Assembly: GCA_965235115.1 (NCBI GenBank)
Contig: OZ249438.1
Span: forward strand, 43,586,001 to 43,650,000
Length of the DNA stretch: 64,000 nucleotides
Direction of reading: 5' to 3'
DNA from: Laetmonice hystrix
Taxonomy: Eukaryota
The notes under the pieces were generated by a model. The model saw only the letters and a program-made list of their open reading frames with translations. It was not told where the DNA came from and searched no databases. Made by a program: the position numbers and the translations under genes. Every line of letters begins with the position of its first letter. Positions within the stretch are counted from its first letter, which is position 1. Shown here in pieces: positions 62,585-64,000 of the stretch.

Positions 62585-63612
62585 GAAATGATTGAGGTTC
62601 ACATTGCTGAGTGCTTGTTGACCGTCAGTTCAAGTTCTTGCAGCACCAATGGCCACATTAAGGATATGAAATGATTGAGGTTCACATTGCTGAGTGCTTG
62701 TCGACCGTCAGTTCAAGTTCTTGCAGCACCAATGGCCACATTAAGGATATGAAATGATTGAGGTTCACATTGCTGAGTGCTTGTCACCTTCAGTTCAAGT
62801 TCTTGCAGCACCAATGGCCACATTAAGGATATGAAATGATTGAGGTTCACATTGCTGAGTGCTTGTTGACCGTCAGTTCAAGTTCTTGCAGCTCATCAAT
62901 TGCCACATTAAGGATATGAAATGATTGAGGTTCACATTGCTGAGTGCTTGACTGCTTGTTGACCGTCAGTTCAAGTTCTTGCAGCACCAATGGCCACATT
63001 AAGGATAGAAATGATTGAGGTTCACATTGCTGAGTGCTTGTTGACCGTCAGTTCAAGTTCTTGCAGCTCACCAATGGCCACATTAAGGATATGAAATGAT
63101 TGAGGTTCACATTGCTGAGTGCTTGTTGACCGTCAGTTCAAGTTCTTGCAGCTCACCAATGGCCACATTAAGGATATGAAATTATTGAGGTTCACATTGC
63201 TGAGTGCTTGTCACCTTCAGTTCCAGTTCTTGCAGCTCACCAATGGCCACATTAAGGATATGAAATGATTGAGGTTCACATTGCTGAGTGCTTGTTGACC
63301 GTCAGTTCAAGTTCTTGCAGCACCAATGGCCACATTAAGGATATGAAATGATTGAGGTTCACATTGCTGAGTGCTTGTCACCTTCAGTTCAAGTTCTTGC
63401 AGCTCACCAATGGCCACATTAAGGATAGAAATGATTGAGGTTCACATTGCTGAGTGCTTGTTGACCGTCAGTTCAAGTTCTTGCAGCTCACCAATGGCCA
63501 CATTAAGGATATGAAATGATTGAGGTTCACATTGCTGAGTGCTTGTTGACCGTCAGTTCAAGTTCTTGCAGCTCACCAATAGCCACATTAAGGATATGAA
63601 ATGATTGAGGTT
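62585..63612. repeat. ~83-bp minisatellite, ~12 copies, downstream of the second PDZ exon and presumably intronic
   Basis: Unit gaaatgattgaggttcacattgctgagtgcttgttgaccgtcagttcaagttcttgcagcaccaatggccacattaaggatat. Confidence 0.97.
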
Positions 63613-64000
63613 TTAAGTGTTTATTACAACAAGGGTGTGCAGTGGCGGATCCAGGGAGGGGAGGTCACCCCCTTGTTGCAACACCTTTTTTAAATTTCTT
63701 ATAATGACTGCACAGGTCCTCATCCTAAATAATCAATTTTAACCTGTATTGACACATCCAGGCTTTAACAATAACCTGCAGTTAGTGATGCAGCACTGAG
63801 GAAGCAACATGTGTAGTAATTCACACACTTGTAATTTATAACATTTTACACCTGCAAGTTCAAAATGCATCCTAACAAGGAGGAAGTGGGTCGATCTTGA
63901 AATGATACTAGATAGAATGTTATGCAAGTGTCCCATTTCACTCCTACAGTCACAGTGACTCATTCAGATGGTCCACGGAGTTAAAGAATGGATGGACAGT

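Noticed and set aside
63640-63654. cagtggcggatccag, a typical DNA transposon end; similar degenerate ends near 17810 and 53366
   Set aside because: No matching opposite TIR or TSD close by, so no element can be delimited.
1-64000. tRNA, rRNA or intact transposase / reverse transcriptase genes
   Set aside because: No cloverleaf, rRNA-conserved segment, or DDE/RT-length ORF seen on either strand.

Overview
Eukaryotic (animal, probably invertebrate) genomic DNA, mostly intronic or intergenic; not prokaryotic and not a CRISPR locus. About 40-45% of the window (hand tally, roughly 28 kb) consists of some 35 mutually unrelated minisatellite arrays with 15-108 bp units, and nearly every long ORF in the supplied track is a read-through of one of these arrays. 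The only securely recognisable gene is a + strand PDZ-domain protein represented by two spliced exons (59175-59284, 62076-62133). A ~7.6 kb tandem duplication (31867-39588 / 39589-47081) gives filled and empty versions of the same sites. It exposes a 429-bp TIR element with a 6-bp TSD, a train of four different GG(G/C)CC-ended MITEs abutting at CWG triplets, and large copy-number differences in shared minisatellites. Further MITEs: Kolobok-like (TTAA TSD), Tc1/mariner-like (TA TSD, 120-bp TIRs) and hAT-like. Several promoter-like motif clusters and low-confidence minus-strand exon candidates are also noted. All counts and coordinates were read by hand; repeat boundaries are approximate by a few bases.
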